Under the pieces are notes generated by a model. That model had not been told where the DNA came from and ran no database searches. It was given only the letters and a program-made list of their open reading frames with translations. Source: a virus (Duplodnaviria; Heunggongvirae; Uroviricota; Caudoviricetes). Taken from it: a stretch of DNA of 7,815 nucleotides. Both the position numbers and the translations under genes were made by a program. The stretch's first letter is position 1; every line of letters starts with the position of its first letter. Positions 1 through 6,284 of the stretch are shown here, piece by piece. The stretch lies in the IMG/VR virus record IMGVR_UViG_2690316227_000004; one strand, written 5' to 3'.

Positions 1-608
1 ACACCGGCCTGCGCCAGATGACCGGCATAGCTGACATGGCTCATCATCACGCCAATGGAGCCGATACGGGATGTCTGGGTAACCAGCCGTCGGGAGCAGG
101 CCGACGCCAGCAGCATGGCTGCAGAACAGGCCGTGTCATTGCACAGTGCCCAGACCGGCTTCTGCTGACGGAGGCGGTAAATCATGTCAGCGCAGTCAAA
201 CGCGCCGGCGGCCTGCCCGCCCGGACTGTCAATGTCCAGCAGTACGCCCCGCACCTGGCTATCCGCCATTGCCTGCTGAAGACAGGCGACAATGCCGTCA
301 TAGCCTGTCATTCCGGAAAATGGCCGCATACCCCCCAGCCGGTGCACCAGCGTGCCGGTCACCGGCAGTACAGCAATACCGTTCACCACCCGGTAAACAC
401 GGGCCGGTCGTTTACCTCCGGCCATGTACTCGTCCGTTTCAGCCAGCATTCCGGGAGCATCAAGCTGTACCTGCTGCTGTGGTACCGAAAGACTTGCTGC
501 CCCCATCTCGCGCCCGAGCGCGCAAAAGAAAACCCGCGCATAGGCGGGCTCCAGAAGCAGCGGTTCATTGAATGCTGCGGCAATAATGTGTGAAAGATTA
601 CGTCTCAC
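1..608 (-). CDS. C: Head maturation protease / scaffold precursor, lambda gpC-like (S49/ClpP-type peptidase). Only the N-terminal ~202 codons are present; the gene is truncated by the left window edge.
   Basis: My own minus-strand translation from GTG at 608-606 gives VRRNLSHIIAAAFNEPLLLEPAYARVFFCALGREMG...RVYRVVNGIAVLPVTGTLVHR...FSGMTGYDGIVACLQQAMADSQVRGVLLDIDSPGGQAAGAFDCADMIYRLRQQKPVWALCNDTACSAAMLLASACSRRLVTQTSRIGSIGVMMSH. This is collinear with lambda gpC as I recall it (MTAELRNLPHIASMAFNEPLMLEPAYARVFFCAL...LLDMDTPGGMVAGAFDCADII...). It includes the S49-type DSPGG motif. A GAGGAG Shine-Dalgarno lies about 10 nt upstream of the GTG. The frame has no ATG start, which is why the ORF track lacks it. 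It overlaps the portal stop by 11 nt, much as B and C overlap in lambda. Confidence 0.9.
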   Translation of the reverse strand, partial: MRRNLSHIIAAAFNEPLLLEPAYARVFFCALGREMGAASLSVPQQQVQLDAPGMLAETDEYMAGGKRPARVYRVVNGIAVLPVTGTLVHRLGGMRPFSGMTGYDGIVACLQQAMADSQVRGVLLDIDSPGGQAAGAFDCADMIYRLRQQKPVWALCNDTACSAAMLLASACSRRLVTQTSRIGSIGVMMSHVSYAGHLAQAG

Positions 609-2190
609 GGGGTGTTGTCTCCTCTTCCGGCCTGCGACTCTCCGCTATCTGCTGCTGATACGCCTGCGCTATCCACACCGGACGTGAGAGTCCGGCTTTT
701 TGCCGCTCTGCAGATTCCCTGACCTGCTGGCGGAAAATGTCCTGATAATCCTCGCCCATCAGCGCCAGCTCTTTCTCATACGTGCTCAGTCCGGCCTCAA
801 TGCGCATCACCGATTCCTGAACCTCCTTGAGCCCGTCAATGGCCATTCTTCCGGCACCAATCCACTCTGCCCGTGACCAGGCTGATCGCGCCTGATAAAA
901 ATCAAAACGCGCCCGTGGCGGACGGATAATCCCCCGAAGAAGTGCCTCTTCCAGCCAGCAGGAAAACATCTGCGTGGCCAGCCGGGCCGCAATAAATTTT
1001 CGCCGCCCCATAAAATAGCGCCACGACTCATTGGCAGAGGCCCTGGCACTTGAATAACTGACCTTCGAGTAATCACGGGACAACTGTTCGTAGGAAACGC
1101 CAAGACCGGCGGCGATATACCGCAGCAGCGCCTGTTCAAGCGCCGAAAATCCATTGTCTGAATCCTGCGCAGTCTGTAGTTTCAGATCATCCCCGGGGAA
1201 AAGGTGCGGAATTTTGACACCACCCAGCGTCACGTTATTCGTGTCATACCAGCTGGAGAACTTCTCCAGAATATTAATAAGCGGATTATCCTTCTGCCCC
1301 TGCGGCGCACCGGCGATATATTCAAAGGCCTTTTCGGTATCAAGGTCACTTTCAATCGTCGCTGCATACATGGCTTTCACAATGGCCGACTGAAGCTGTG
1401 TTGCCTGCAGGGAATCGAGCATCTTCAGCCGTTCCATGACGCTGTAAAACTGGTTGGCCCCACGGGTCTGCCCGTCCTCCACCGGCTCGAAAATATGCAG
1501 CATGGCCGGACGCCCGGTGGGAAGTTCACGCGGGATCCGTTCCCATCGTCCACTCCCGGAGAACGGAAAATCATCCTCACAGATATGGTACGCAACGGCA
1601 CGGCCATATCGATCGACCTCCACCCCGGCCCGCAGAAAACGGTTCCCCATACCGTGTCCTGGCGTGTCCACCCGTTTCGGACTCACGGCTTTAAAACGCG
1701 TACGGAATAACTGCGTGGTTTCCGTATCCCAGACCGGCTGCACAAAGATTTCGCCGTTAAACGCATGAACGCCAACACCTTCACGGATAAACTCCGTAAA
1801 TGTGCGTTTTCCTTCCACGTCGATCTCGCCAGACATCCCTTCTGCGTATTCCGACCAGGCCGCCTCCACCTCATCGACAAAGCTTTTTGCTGCGGTCTCC
1901 CGCATCCCCAGCCAGCGCCAGTTCGGACGGTAGCTGATCAGAAACATATGCCCGACAATGTGATCCTTATGCAGTGCCACCGCATTGGCCGCTATTCCGT
2001 TATTGCGCACCAGATCATCTGCCCGGGCATTCCCCAGACGCAACGCGGGCAGCAGGGCCGCATCGACACTCTGCGCCGGTGGCAACCACTCCGCCATTTG
2101 CCCGCCAAATCCTGCGCCGCCCCCGTTGTAGCTGAGACTCTCACGAAGCGGAACGCCGTTCACATCAATCAGGACAGGCGTTCGTTTCAT
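598..2190 (-). CDS. B: Portal protein, lambda gpB-like (530 aa)
   Basis: A 530-aa ORF in the position and at about the length of lambda gpB (533 aa), between the W-like and C-like genes. Its ATG overlaps the W stop as ATGA (2187-2190). The N-terminal sequence MKRTPVLIDVNGVPLRESLSYNGGGAGFGGQMAEW and the rest of the protein resemble lambda-family portals. Confidence 0.95.
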   Translation of the reverse strand: MKRTPVLIDVNGVPLRESLSYNGGGAGFGGQMAEWLPPAQSVDAALLPALRLGNARADDLVRNNGIAANAVALHKDHIVGHMFLISYRPNWRWLGMRETAAKSFVDEVEAAWSEYAEGMSGEIDVEGKRTFTEFIREGVGVHAFNGEIFVQPVWDTETTQLFRTRFKAVSPKRVDTPGHGMGNRFLRAGVEVDRYGRAVAYHICEDDFPFSGSGRWERIPRELPTGRPAMLHIFEPVEDGQTRGANQFYSVMERLKMLDSLQATQLQSAIVKAMYAATIESDLDTEKAFEYIAGAPQGQKDNPLINILEKFSSWYDTNNVTLGGVKIPHLFPGDDLKLQTAQDSDNGFSALEQALLRYIAAGLGVSYEQLSRDYSKVSYSSARASANESWRYFMGRRKFIAARLATQMFSCWLEEALLRGIIRPPRARFDFYQARSAWSRAEWIGAGRMAIDGLKEVQESVMRIEAGLSTYEKELALMGEDYQDIFRQQVRESAERQKAGLSRPVWIAQAYQQQIAESRRPEEETTPRET

Positions 2191-2393
2191 AACCTCACTC
2201 CCAGCGGACGACGGCGACGTCGGGTTGTCCCCAGTACCGACTCCGCATCATTGATCGCCCGGTTAAGCTCATCCAGAGAAGCCGCCGTATATTCAATTCT
2301 GCGACCATCTTTCTGGACAGACACCACCCGTTTACCGGTTAATAAATCAAGGCGCGCCTGACGCAGCGCCTGCAGTTCAGCGACTGTAACCAT
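2187..2393 (-). CDS. W: Head-tail joining / head completion protein, lambda gpW-like (68 aa)
   Basis: The 68-aa product MVTVAELQALRQARLDLLTGKRVVSVQKDGRRIEYTAASLDELNRAI... matches my recollection of lambda gpW (…[34 protein letters not shown]…, also 68 aa). GGAGGA lies 5 nt upstream of the ATG. It sits between terminase A and the portal, as in lambda. Confidence 0.9.
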   Translation of the reverse strand: MVTVAELQALRQARLDLLTGKRVVSVQKDGRRIEYTAASLDELNRAINDAESVLGTTRRRRRPLGVRL

Positions 2394-4305
2394 TCACTCC
2401 TCCGGACAGCTTCGCTGCCAGTTCTTTCAGGGTTGGCCGGGTCGTCTCTTCTTCCCGGGATTTTGCCAGTACAGCCAGATCAAGCTGCCAGCGTTGCACG
2501 GACACACGTAATGCCGCGTAGGCATACACCAGGCAGTCCAGCGCTTCGTTACGCCGCTTTTTGTTATCCCACAGCAGACGCATCTTTCCTTTTTCCCACT
2601 TCTCCACCAGCTCTTCCGCCACCAGTTGCTGCGCCTCTGTCTGCGAAAAAATCTCCGGATCATCAGGAAAACGGATGGCATACGACGTGGCTTCATCCGC
2701 AGGCGAGGGATCGGCTTTCATACGGGCATAGAGAATTTCTTTTGCGGTGTCCGTTCCCACTTCACACAGATACACGCCCCGCTGATTGCGGGTTTTTGGC
2801 ATGGTGATCACCGGCTTGCCATAGACAGATGCGCCTTTTACCGGCAGCACCCGGAAAACACCGTGTTTTTTTGATCTCTGATAAACAATTTCACCATCGA
2901 TCCCCCCGGTGTCCCAGCAGACACGGGAAATAGTCATTTCGGTGCCATCCGCATGGCGGTATTTTTTGTTGATCGCCGCATCCACACGTAACAGCGTCTC
3001 TTCCTCATCAGGACGCCCCATAATGATGATTTTATCCACCAGAAAGGCTTCCTCTCCCGGAGCCCATCCCCAGACATACATCTCAAAACGGTTTCGCTGC
3101 GAGTCAATGCCCGCCGTCAGATAAACCACCCGGGCAGGCACCGCCGCCGTGTAACGCACCACCTTATCCATCAGTACCTGGTGATCGAGTTTTTCGCCCA
3201 CGGCCTCTTCCCAGGTCTCGCCCAGCGTGGTGTTCACAAAGGTTTTCAGGCCGTTGGGATCTTTCAGTGCATCCAGCCAGTCATAGACAATCTGTACCCA
3301 GGTGGTGAACGGACTGTACGCCGTCCAGATATGGAACGTGATGGAGCGCGGCGGCGGAATTTCATCACCCCGGGCGCTGAAAAACGTCAGACCGTCACGG
3401 GTCCACATGCCCGTGTTTTCACAGATCCACCGCCCGTTGCTCTGGTCCAGTTCAGACTGATGGATCACGCAGCCATGATGTTCACAGAGGTAGAAAACAC
3501 TTTCAGGGCTGTCCTTCTCCCATTTAAGCCCAAAAGGCGTGGACTCATCGCCAAATTTCAGATACTGCTCCTCCCCACAGTGCGGGCAGGGCACATAAAA
3601 ACGCATAAAATGCGCCGACTCGTTAGCGGCTTTTTCGATCTGGCAGGTGCCTTTGATTTTAGGCGTCGAGCCGCGAATGGATTTTGGCCACACCGACCCC
3701 TCAATACGCTTATCCCCCAGCAGGGTTGGCGAGCCCTCTTTTTCGACATCCGGCTCGAACGAGGAAAGTTCGTCATAGCAGACCACGTCCACGGATTTTT
3801 CACGGTAGTTTTTGGCGGCAGCGCCGCCCAGGCACCAGAAACCGACGCCCGATGAAAAGCGTTTCAGCGTGAGAGTATTGTCACGATGTTTACGACCCAG
3901 CCATGGGGAAAGGTCTTTCAGGCATGGCACGTTCCGAATCGTCGCCTCCACGTGAGACTTCATAAAATCTTCAGCGGCAGAATCCGTGGGCTGAAAAAGC
4001 AGACTGTTTCGGGATTTATGCTCAATAAAATACCCGACCACCCCCAGCAACATCTTTGTATAGCCAACACGGGCAGATTTAATCAGATTAACAGTGCGGA
4101 TCTGATCATTCCCCATGCTGTTCATGATGGCGATCTGGAATGGCAGCGTTTTCCATTCGCCCTCACCATATGAAGATTCTTTAGGCAGATAATAATTTTG
4201 ATCAGCCCATTCAACTGGCGTCACCGGCAATGCCCTTATCAGGGGCTGTAATGCAGTTGTGACAGCGCTCATCATATTATTCAGTTGTTGCTCTGATATA
4301 TTCAT
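2377..4305 (-). CDS. A: Terminase large subunit, lambda gpA-like (642 aa)
   Basis: The ORF is collinear with lambda gpA (641 aa). Shared features are the MNIS start, VEWADQNYYLPKES, the Walker-A-like KSARVGYTK, the CPHCGEEQYLKFGD...YLCEHHGC Cys/His cluster, TAYSPFTTWVQIV, LTAGIDSQ, and KKRRNEALDC near the C-terminus. I place the start at ATG 4305-4303 (MNISEQQ...), not the track's 4362, by alignment to lambda gpA and because this gives the lambda-like short overlap with the Nu1 gene. Confidence 0.97.
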   Translation of the reverse strand: MNISEQQLNNMMSAVTTALQPLIRALPVTPVEWADQNYYLPKESSYGEGEWKTLPFQIAIMNSMGNDQIRTVNLIKSARVGYTKMLLGVVGYFIEHKSRNSLLFQPTDSAAEDFMKSHVEATIRNVPCLKDLSPWLGRKHRDNTLTLKRFSSGVGFWCLGGAAAKNYREKSVDVVCYDELSSFEPDVEKEGSPTLLGDKRIEGSVWPKSIRGSTPKIKGTCQIEKAANESAHFMRFYVPCPHCGEEQYLKFGDESTPFGLKWEKDSPESVFYLCEHHGCVIHQSELDQSNGRWICENTGMWTRDGLTFFSARGDEIPPPRSITFHIWTAYSPFTTWVQIVYDWLDALKDPNGLKTFVNTTLGETWEEAVGEKLDHQVLMDKVVRYTAAVPARVVYLTAGIDSQRNRFEMYVWGWAPGEEAFLVDKIIIMGRPDEEETLLRVDAAINKKYRHADGTEMTISRVCWDTGGIDGEIVYQRSKKHGVFRVLPVKGASVYGKPVITMPKTRNQRGVYLCEVGTDTAKEILYARMKADPSPADEATSYAIRFPDDPEIFSQTEAQQLVAEELVEKWEKGKMRLLWDNKKRRNEALDCLVYAYAALRVSVQRWQLDLAVLAKSREEETTRPTLKELAAKLSGGVNGYSR

Positions 4306-4783
4306 CAAGTAAATCCGGTAATTTATCCCCTGCCCGCGCACACTGATTTGCCCCCTTAGCAATAAGGGTTTTCAGATGGTCAAGATGGCGCGGTGTTAAA
4401 TCAGGAAACTGTCGCTGCATGGATAAAGGGATGGAATCAAGCGTACTGGATAACGCCATTGCCAGCTTACTGAGGGCAAAAATACAGAATCCGGTGTCAA
4501 TAAGCTTACCTTCGGTTACCTGATTTTTAAGTTTTTGAGCTACGGCCTGTTCTTCTGTCAGTTCAGCTCTGGCCCGAAGCAGCCTTTCCTCCAGATCGCC
4601 CTCGTCATCAGGTATTCTCTGATTGTGTTGTCGCCGCTCGCGATCTATCTCCAGTACAGTTTTAACGTCATAAAAAACTTCCCTCCCCCGACGCTCAACA
4701 GGAGGAACGCCCCATTTATCAAATGCCTGAACAGATATACCGATGGAGGAGGCCATATCACTTTTATTCAATAAAAAGGCCAT
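4277..4783 (-). CDS. nu1: Terminase small subunit, lambda Nu1-like (168 aa), with a divergent N-terminal DNA-binding region
   Basis: The C-terminal two-thirds aligns with lambda Nu1 from memory (…TGFCIFALSKLAMALSSTLDSIPLSMQRQFPDLTPRHLDHLKTLIAKG… versus …TAFCTFVLSRIAGEIASILDGLPLSVQRRFPELENRHVDFLKRDIIKA…). The N-terminal LNKSDMASSIGISVQAFDKWGVPP fits a winged-HTH region but differs from lambda. I chose the start at ATG 4783-4781 because GGAGAGGAG lies directly upstream. The longer track ORF (to 4888) would run through the cosB repeats. Confidence 0.85.
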   Translation of the reverse strand: MAFLLNKSDMASSIGISVQAFDKWGVPPVERRGREVFYDVKTVLEIDRERRQHNQRIPDDEGDLEERLLRARAELTEEQAVAQKLKNQVTEGKLIDTGFCIFALSKLAMALSSTLDSIPLSMQRQFPDLTPRHLDHLKTLIAKGANQCARAGDKLPDLLDEYIRATTE

Positions 4784-4813
4784 CTCCTCTCCATAAGCCA
4801 TCGATAAAAAGCG

Positions 4814-4960
4814 ATACAACAACCATGTGTTTTTACAAAACCATTTGATATCATTTACATTTTTCGCATTGACGACATCAAAACACATCGTAAGGTTGTT
4901 GTATTTATTTTATTTTCACCTTACTTATCAATTAGATATACCAAACAATTAAACAACAAC
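4814..4960 (-). promoter_or_regulatory. cosB-like terminase small-subunit binding region with three GTTGTTGT-core repeats in a lambda-like R3 / R2(inverted) / R1 layout
   Basis: In the Nu1 sense, AGTTGTTGTTT lies at 4960-4953 (core). GGTTGTTGTAT reads on the plus strand at 4894-4904, so it is inverted. GGTTGTTGTAT lies at 4824-4814. The last two are perfect 11-mers. Distances from the cohesive end (about 51, 107 and 187 nt) and orientations (direct, inverted, direct) parallel lambda R3, R2 and R1. The repeat sequence differs from the lambda CGTTTCC-type R sites. An A/T-rich tract with TATCAA (about 4925-4935) between the first two repeats is a possible IHF (I1-like) site. It matches the WATCAANNNNTTR consensus only partially. 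Confidence 0.55.
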
Positions 4961-4998
4961 TCCCCCTCAAAAAATCTCATAAATAGCGAAAACCCGCG

Positions 4999-5010
4999 AG
5001 GTCGCCGCCC
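4999..5010 (-). other. cosN cohesive-end sequence (12-nt GGGCGGCGACCT on the minus strand)
   Basis: The minus strand reads GTTACG|GGGCGGCGACCT|CGCGGGTTTTCGCTATTTATGA. From GGGCGGCGACCT through TTTATGA it is identical to the first ~35 nt of the lambda left end as I remember it. Lambda-like right-end sequence (…TCCTTTCCGG.GATCCG…GTTACG) precedes it. It lies about 215 nt upstream of the Nu1-like start, as in lambda. Confidence 0.9.
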
Positions 5011-5033
5011 CGTAACGGCCCGGATCGCCGGAA

Positions 5034-5040
5034 AGGACCC
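5034..5040 (-). other. cosQ-like element (GGGTCCT on the minus strand)
   Basis: AGGACCC on the plus strand is GGGTCCT on the minus strand. It sits within CCGGAAAGGACCCG, which matches the lambda right-end segment containing the 7-bp cosQ, about 25-30 bp from the cosN nick region. Confidence 0.7.
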
Positions 5041-5284
5041 GCTAAAATGATAATGGTTATCAGTTGCAGCAAATCCAGTTTCTTCCACCATCGCACCGGA
5101 CCAGCGACCATGAGGGGACAACGCCGCGCTCCGTTTACGCGGTAAACCCCGGTGTGTATCGTTTTTGATTATCCCCGCACACTCGCGCAGAGGAGTCTCC
5201 CTGTCGGGCTGCGGTCTCTGTTAATGAGGGAATACAGCGACGATACAGCGCATGATGTGTCAGGCTTGAATACCTTTATCCGTT

Positions 5285-5310
5285 AAAAGGGATATCAGTT
5301 AAGTTATCCC
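5285..5310 (-). terminator. Weak intrinsic-terminator-like hairpin downstream of the accessory operon
   Basis: The minus strand reads GGGATA-acttaactga-TATCCC followed by TTTTAACGG. That is a 6-bp stem, a 10-nt loop and a 4-U tract. Confidence 0.35.
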
Positions 5311-5332
5311 GTGTAGGGTATAAGCCATTATC

Positions 5333-5354
5333 AAGCCCACCAGTAGATGGGCTT
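5333..5354. other. Perfect 7-bp hairpin immediately after the 85-aa gene stop (3' stabiliser or weak terminator)
   Basis: AAGCCCA-ccagtaga-TGGGCTT lies 9 nt beyond the stop at 5363-5365. Neither strand has a convincing U-tract (TTTGT on plus, GATAAT on minus). Confidence 0.3.
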
Positions 5355-5362
5355 TGTAATGG

Positions 5363-5620
5363 CTACTTCGCTTTTGCTTCCGCTCGCTTACGCCGGCGCT
5401 CTTCTTTCCTCTCGGCTTTTGCCATGTCCATGAATGCCTGCATGATCGAGTTCCGCATCATGTAGCTAACAAAGTGATGATTGACACAGCCGTTGAGGCG
5501 CAGCTGCTCGCCAAACTCATCCACCGAGGCCAATGCTTCCATCATACCCTTCTCGCCTTTCATGAACTCTGAGAAGTCGCGCCCCGCTCTGGAGGCGCAT
5601 TCAATGACACGATCACTCAT
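5363..5620 (-). CDS. Hypothetical 85-aa protein with a strongly basic Lys/Arg/Glu-rich C-terminal tail; partner of the KilA-N gene
   Basis: The ATG overlaps the upstream stop as ATGA (5617-5620), which suggests translational coupling. The product is MSDRVIECASRAGRDFSEFMKGEKGMMEALASVDEFGEQLRLNGCVNHHFVSYMM...AKAERKEERRRKRAEAKAK. I do not recognise a family for it. Hairpins follow the stop. Confidence 0.6.
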   Translation of the reverse strand: MSDRVIECASRAGRDFSEFMKGEKGMMEALASVDEFGEQLRLNGCVNHHFVSYMMRNSIMQAFMDMAKAERKEERRRKRAEAKAK

Positions 5621-6114
5621 CCCGGAAGCCCGGGGATCGAAATCTGCAACTGGTTAGCCAGGGAGTTAATTTCAGCGATCAAACCAGGTTTCGTGTAGCG
5701 CCATGCCGCGAGGCCTTGTCCACAGAAGCTCGCCATGTCTTTTTTCTGATCAAACTCATGACATTTCATGTTGAGCTGCGCACTTAAGCTGTTCCGATGA
5801 TGAAGCTCTCCGGTGAAGTAATCATCGAGGACTTTATAGGCTGCATATTTAAATCCGGGGTTTAGCCATGCTGCGTAATCATAAGCAACGAACTTTCCGC
5901 CATAAGTTCCACCGTGCGCACCGCGTTCCGTAAAAACCACAGATTCGTGGTTTTTCTCCAGCTCAGCCAAGAACTCTTTGGTCTGCTTGTTTCGCAGGTA
6001 GTGGTACGGAGATTCAGATTCACTTTTACCACTGGCTTTCCACATATCAGTGAGGCAGATCATGCCATCTTCACCGATACGGATTGGTTGATTGAAGAGG
6101 GTTAATGATTTCAT
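5617..6114 (-). CDS. KilA-N domain DNA-binding protein (165 aa) with an uncharacterised ~60-aa C-terminal extension
   Basis: The N-terminal ~105 aa shows the KilA-N pattern: PIRIGEDGMICLTDMWKASGK...YLRNKQTKEFLAELEK...GGTYGGKFVAYDYAAWLNPGFKYAAYKVL. This compares with the family pattern of dG-y-n-T-mckaaGk ... tkeF ... GTWvH..lA..fA.WisPeF. I do not recognise the C-terminal 60 aa. Confidence 0.7.
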   Translation of the reverse strand: MKSLTLFNQPIRIGEDGMICLTDMWKASGKSESESPYHYLRNKQTKEFLAELEKNHESVVFTERGAHGGTYGGKFVAYDYAAWLNPGFKYAAYKVLDDYFTGELHHRNSLSAQLNMKCHEFDQKKDMASFCGQGLAAWRYTKPGLIAEINSLANQLQISIPGLPG

Positions 6115-6229
6115 AGCGTGTACCTACTCTTTGAAATGAACCTTTGCCGCACAGGAAACCAGCCCACCGAGGCTCGCCAGCACTAACTGGTATCCTCAAA
6201 GGCCCATTCCAAAGGGGCAGGTTCGGTGT

Positions 6230-6254
6230 AAAAAACATGCGTTGCGGTACGCAT
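6230..6254 (-). terminator. Intrinsic terminator (second of a tandem pair) downstream of Rz
   Basis: The minus strand reads ATGCGT-accgca-ACGCAT-G-TTTTTT-AC. That is a perfect 6-bp stem followed by a T6 run. The run is on the minus strand only. Confidence 0.5.
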
Positions 6255-6260
6255 TTATTG

Positions 6261-6284
6261 CAAAAAGCCCCGCATCGCGAGGCT
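6261..6284 (-). terminator. Intrinsic terminator (first of a tandem pair) downstream of Rz
   Basis: The minus strand reads AGCCTCGC-gat-GCGGGGCT-TTTT-G. That is an 8-bp GC-rich stem with one G-U wobble, followed by a T run. It lies about 35 nt after the Rz stop codon at 6317-6319. Confidence 0.6.

Noticed and set aside
18-593. Plus-strand ORFs of 191 aa (18-593) and 141 aa (146-571), and the 66-aa minus-strand ORF at 383-583
   Set aside because: All three overlap the clearly homologous gpC-like frame on the minus strand. Their products are Arg/Pro/Gly/Ala/His-rich and low in complexity, which is typical of antisense or out-of-frame shadows in GC-rich coding DNA. None has an SD or a recognisable motif.
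807-2361. ORFs overlapping the portal gene: 807-1154 (-), 1154-1393 (+), 1204-1710 (+), 1425-1607 (-), 1454-1768 (+), 1683-1880 (-), 1765-2361 (+)
   Set aside because: They lie antisense to or out of frame with the portal and gpW genes, which are supported by collinearity with lambda B and W. Their compositions are Arg/Pro-rich shadow-like, and no independent signals support them.
2427-4173. ORFs overlapping the large terminase gene, including the 224-aa plus-strand ORF at 3181-3855
   Set aside because: They lie antisense to or out of frame with the gpA-like gene, which is strongly supported along its whole length. These are shadow ORFs in GC-rich sequence.
4306-4362. N-terminal 19-codon extension of the terminase large-subunit ORF (MLRGQISVRGQGINYRIYL)
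   Set aside because: Lambda gpA starts at MNIS. The internal ATG at 4305 gives the lambda-like length (642 versus 641 aa) and the expected short overlap with the Nu1 gene.
4535-4774. The 79-aa plus-strand ORF antisense to the Nu1-like gene
   Set aside because: It lies wholly inside a homology-supported minus-strand gene, and it has neither motifs nor an SD.
4784-4888. N-terminal 35-codon extension of the Nu1-like ORF (MCFDVVNAKNVNDIKWF...)
   Set aside because: The extension runs through the cosB repeat at 4814-4824 and through A/T-rich non-coding-looking DNA. It has no SD. The ATG at 4783 has GGAGAGGAG directly upstream and gives a Nu1-like length.
4921-5121. The 66-aa minus-strand ORF, and a 46-codon ORF in another frame, both spanning cosQ/cosN
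   Set aside because: The segment is near-identical to the non-coding lambda cos region. Terminase cleavage would cut any ORF across the cohesive-end site. There is no SD.
5133-5147. Near-palindrome GTTTAC-gcg-GTAAAC as an operator-like site
   Set aside because: Six-bp inverted repeats with short spacers are common by chance. No partner site or adjacent promoter was found. It is mentioned only as part of the structured spacer finding.
5232-5250. Direct repeat ATACAGCG (5232-5239 and 5243-5250) spaced one helical turn apart
   Set aside because: A closely spaced 8-mer repeat is expected about once or twice by chance in a window this size. Nothing else supports it as a binding site.
5914-6105. 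The 63-aa plus-strand ORF antisense to the KilA-N gene
   Set aside because: It lies entirely within the KilA-N frame, which carries the recognisable domain pattern. Nothing supports it independently.
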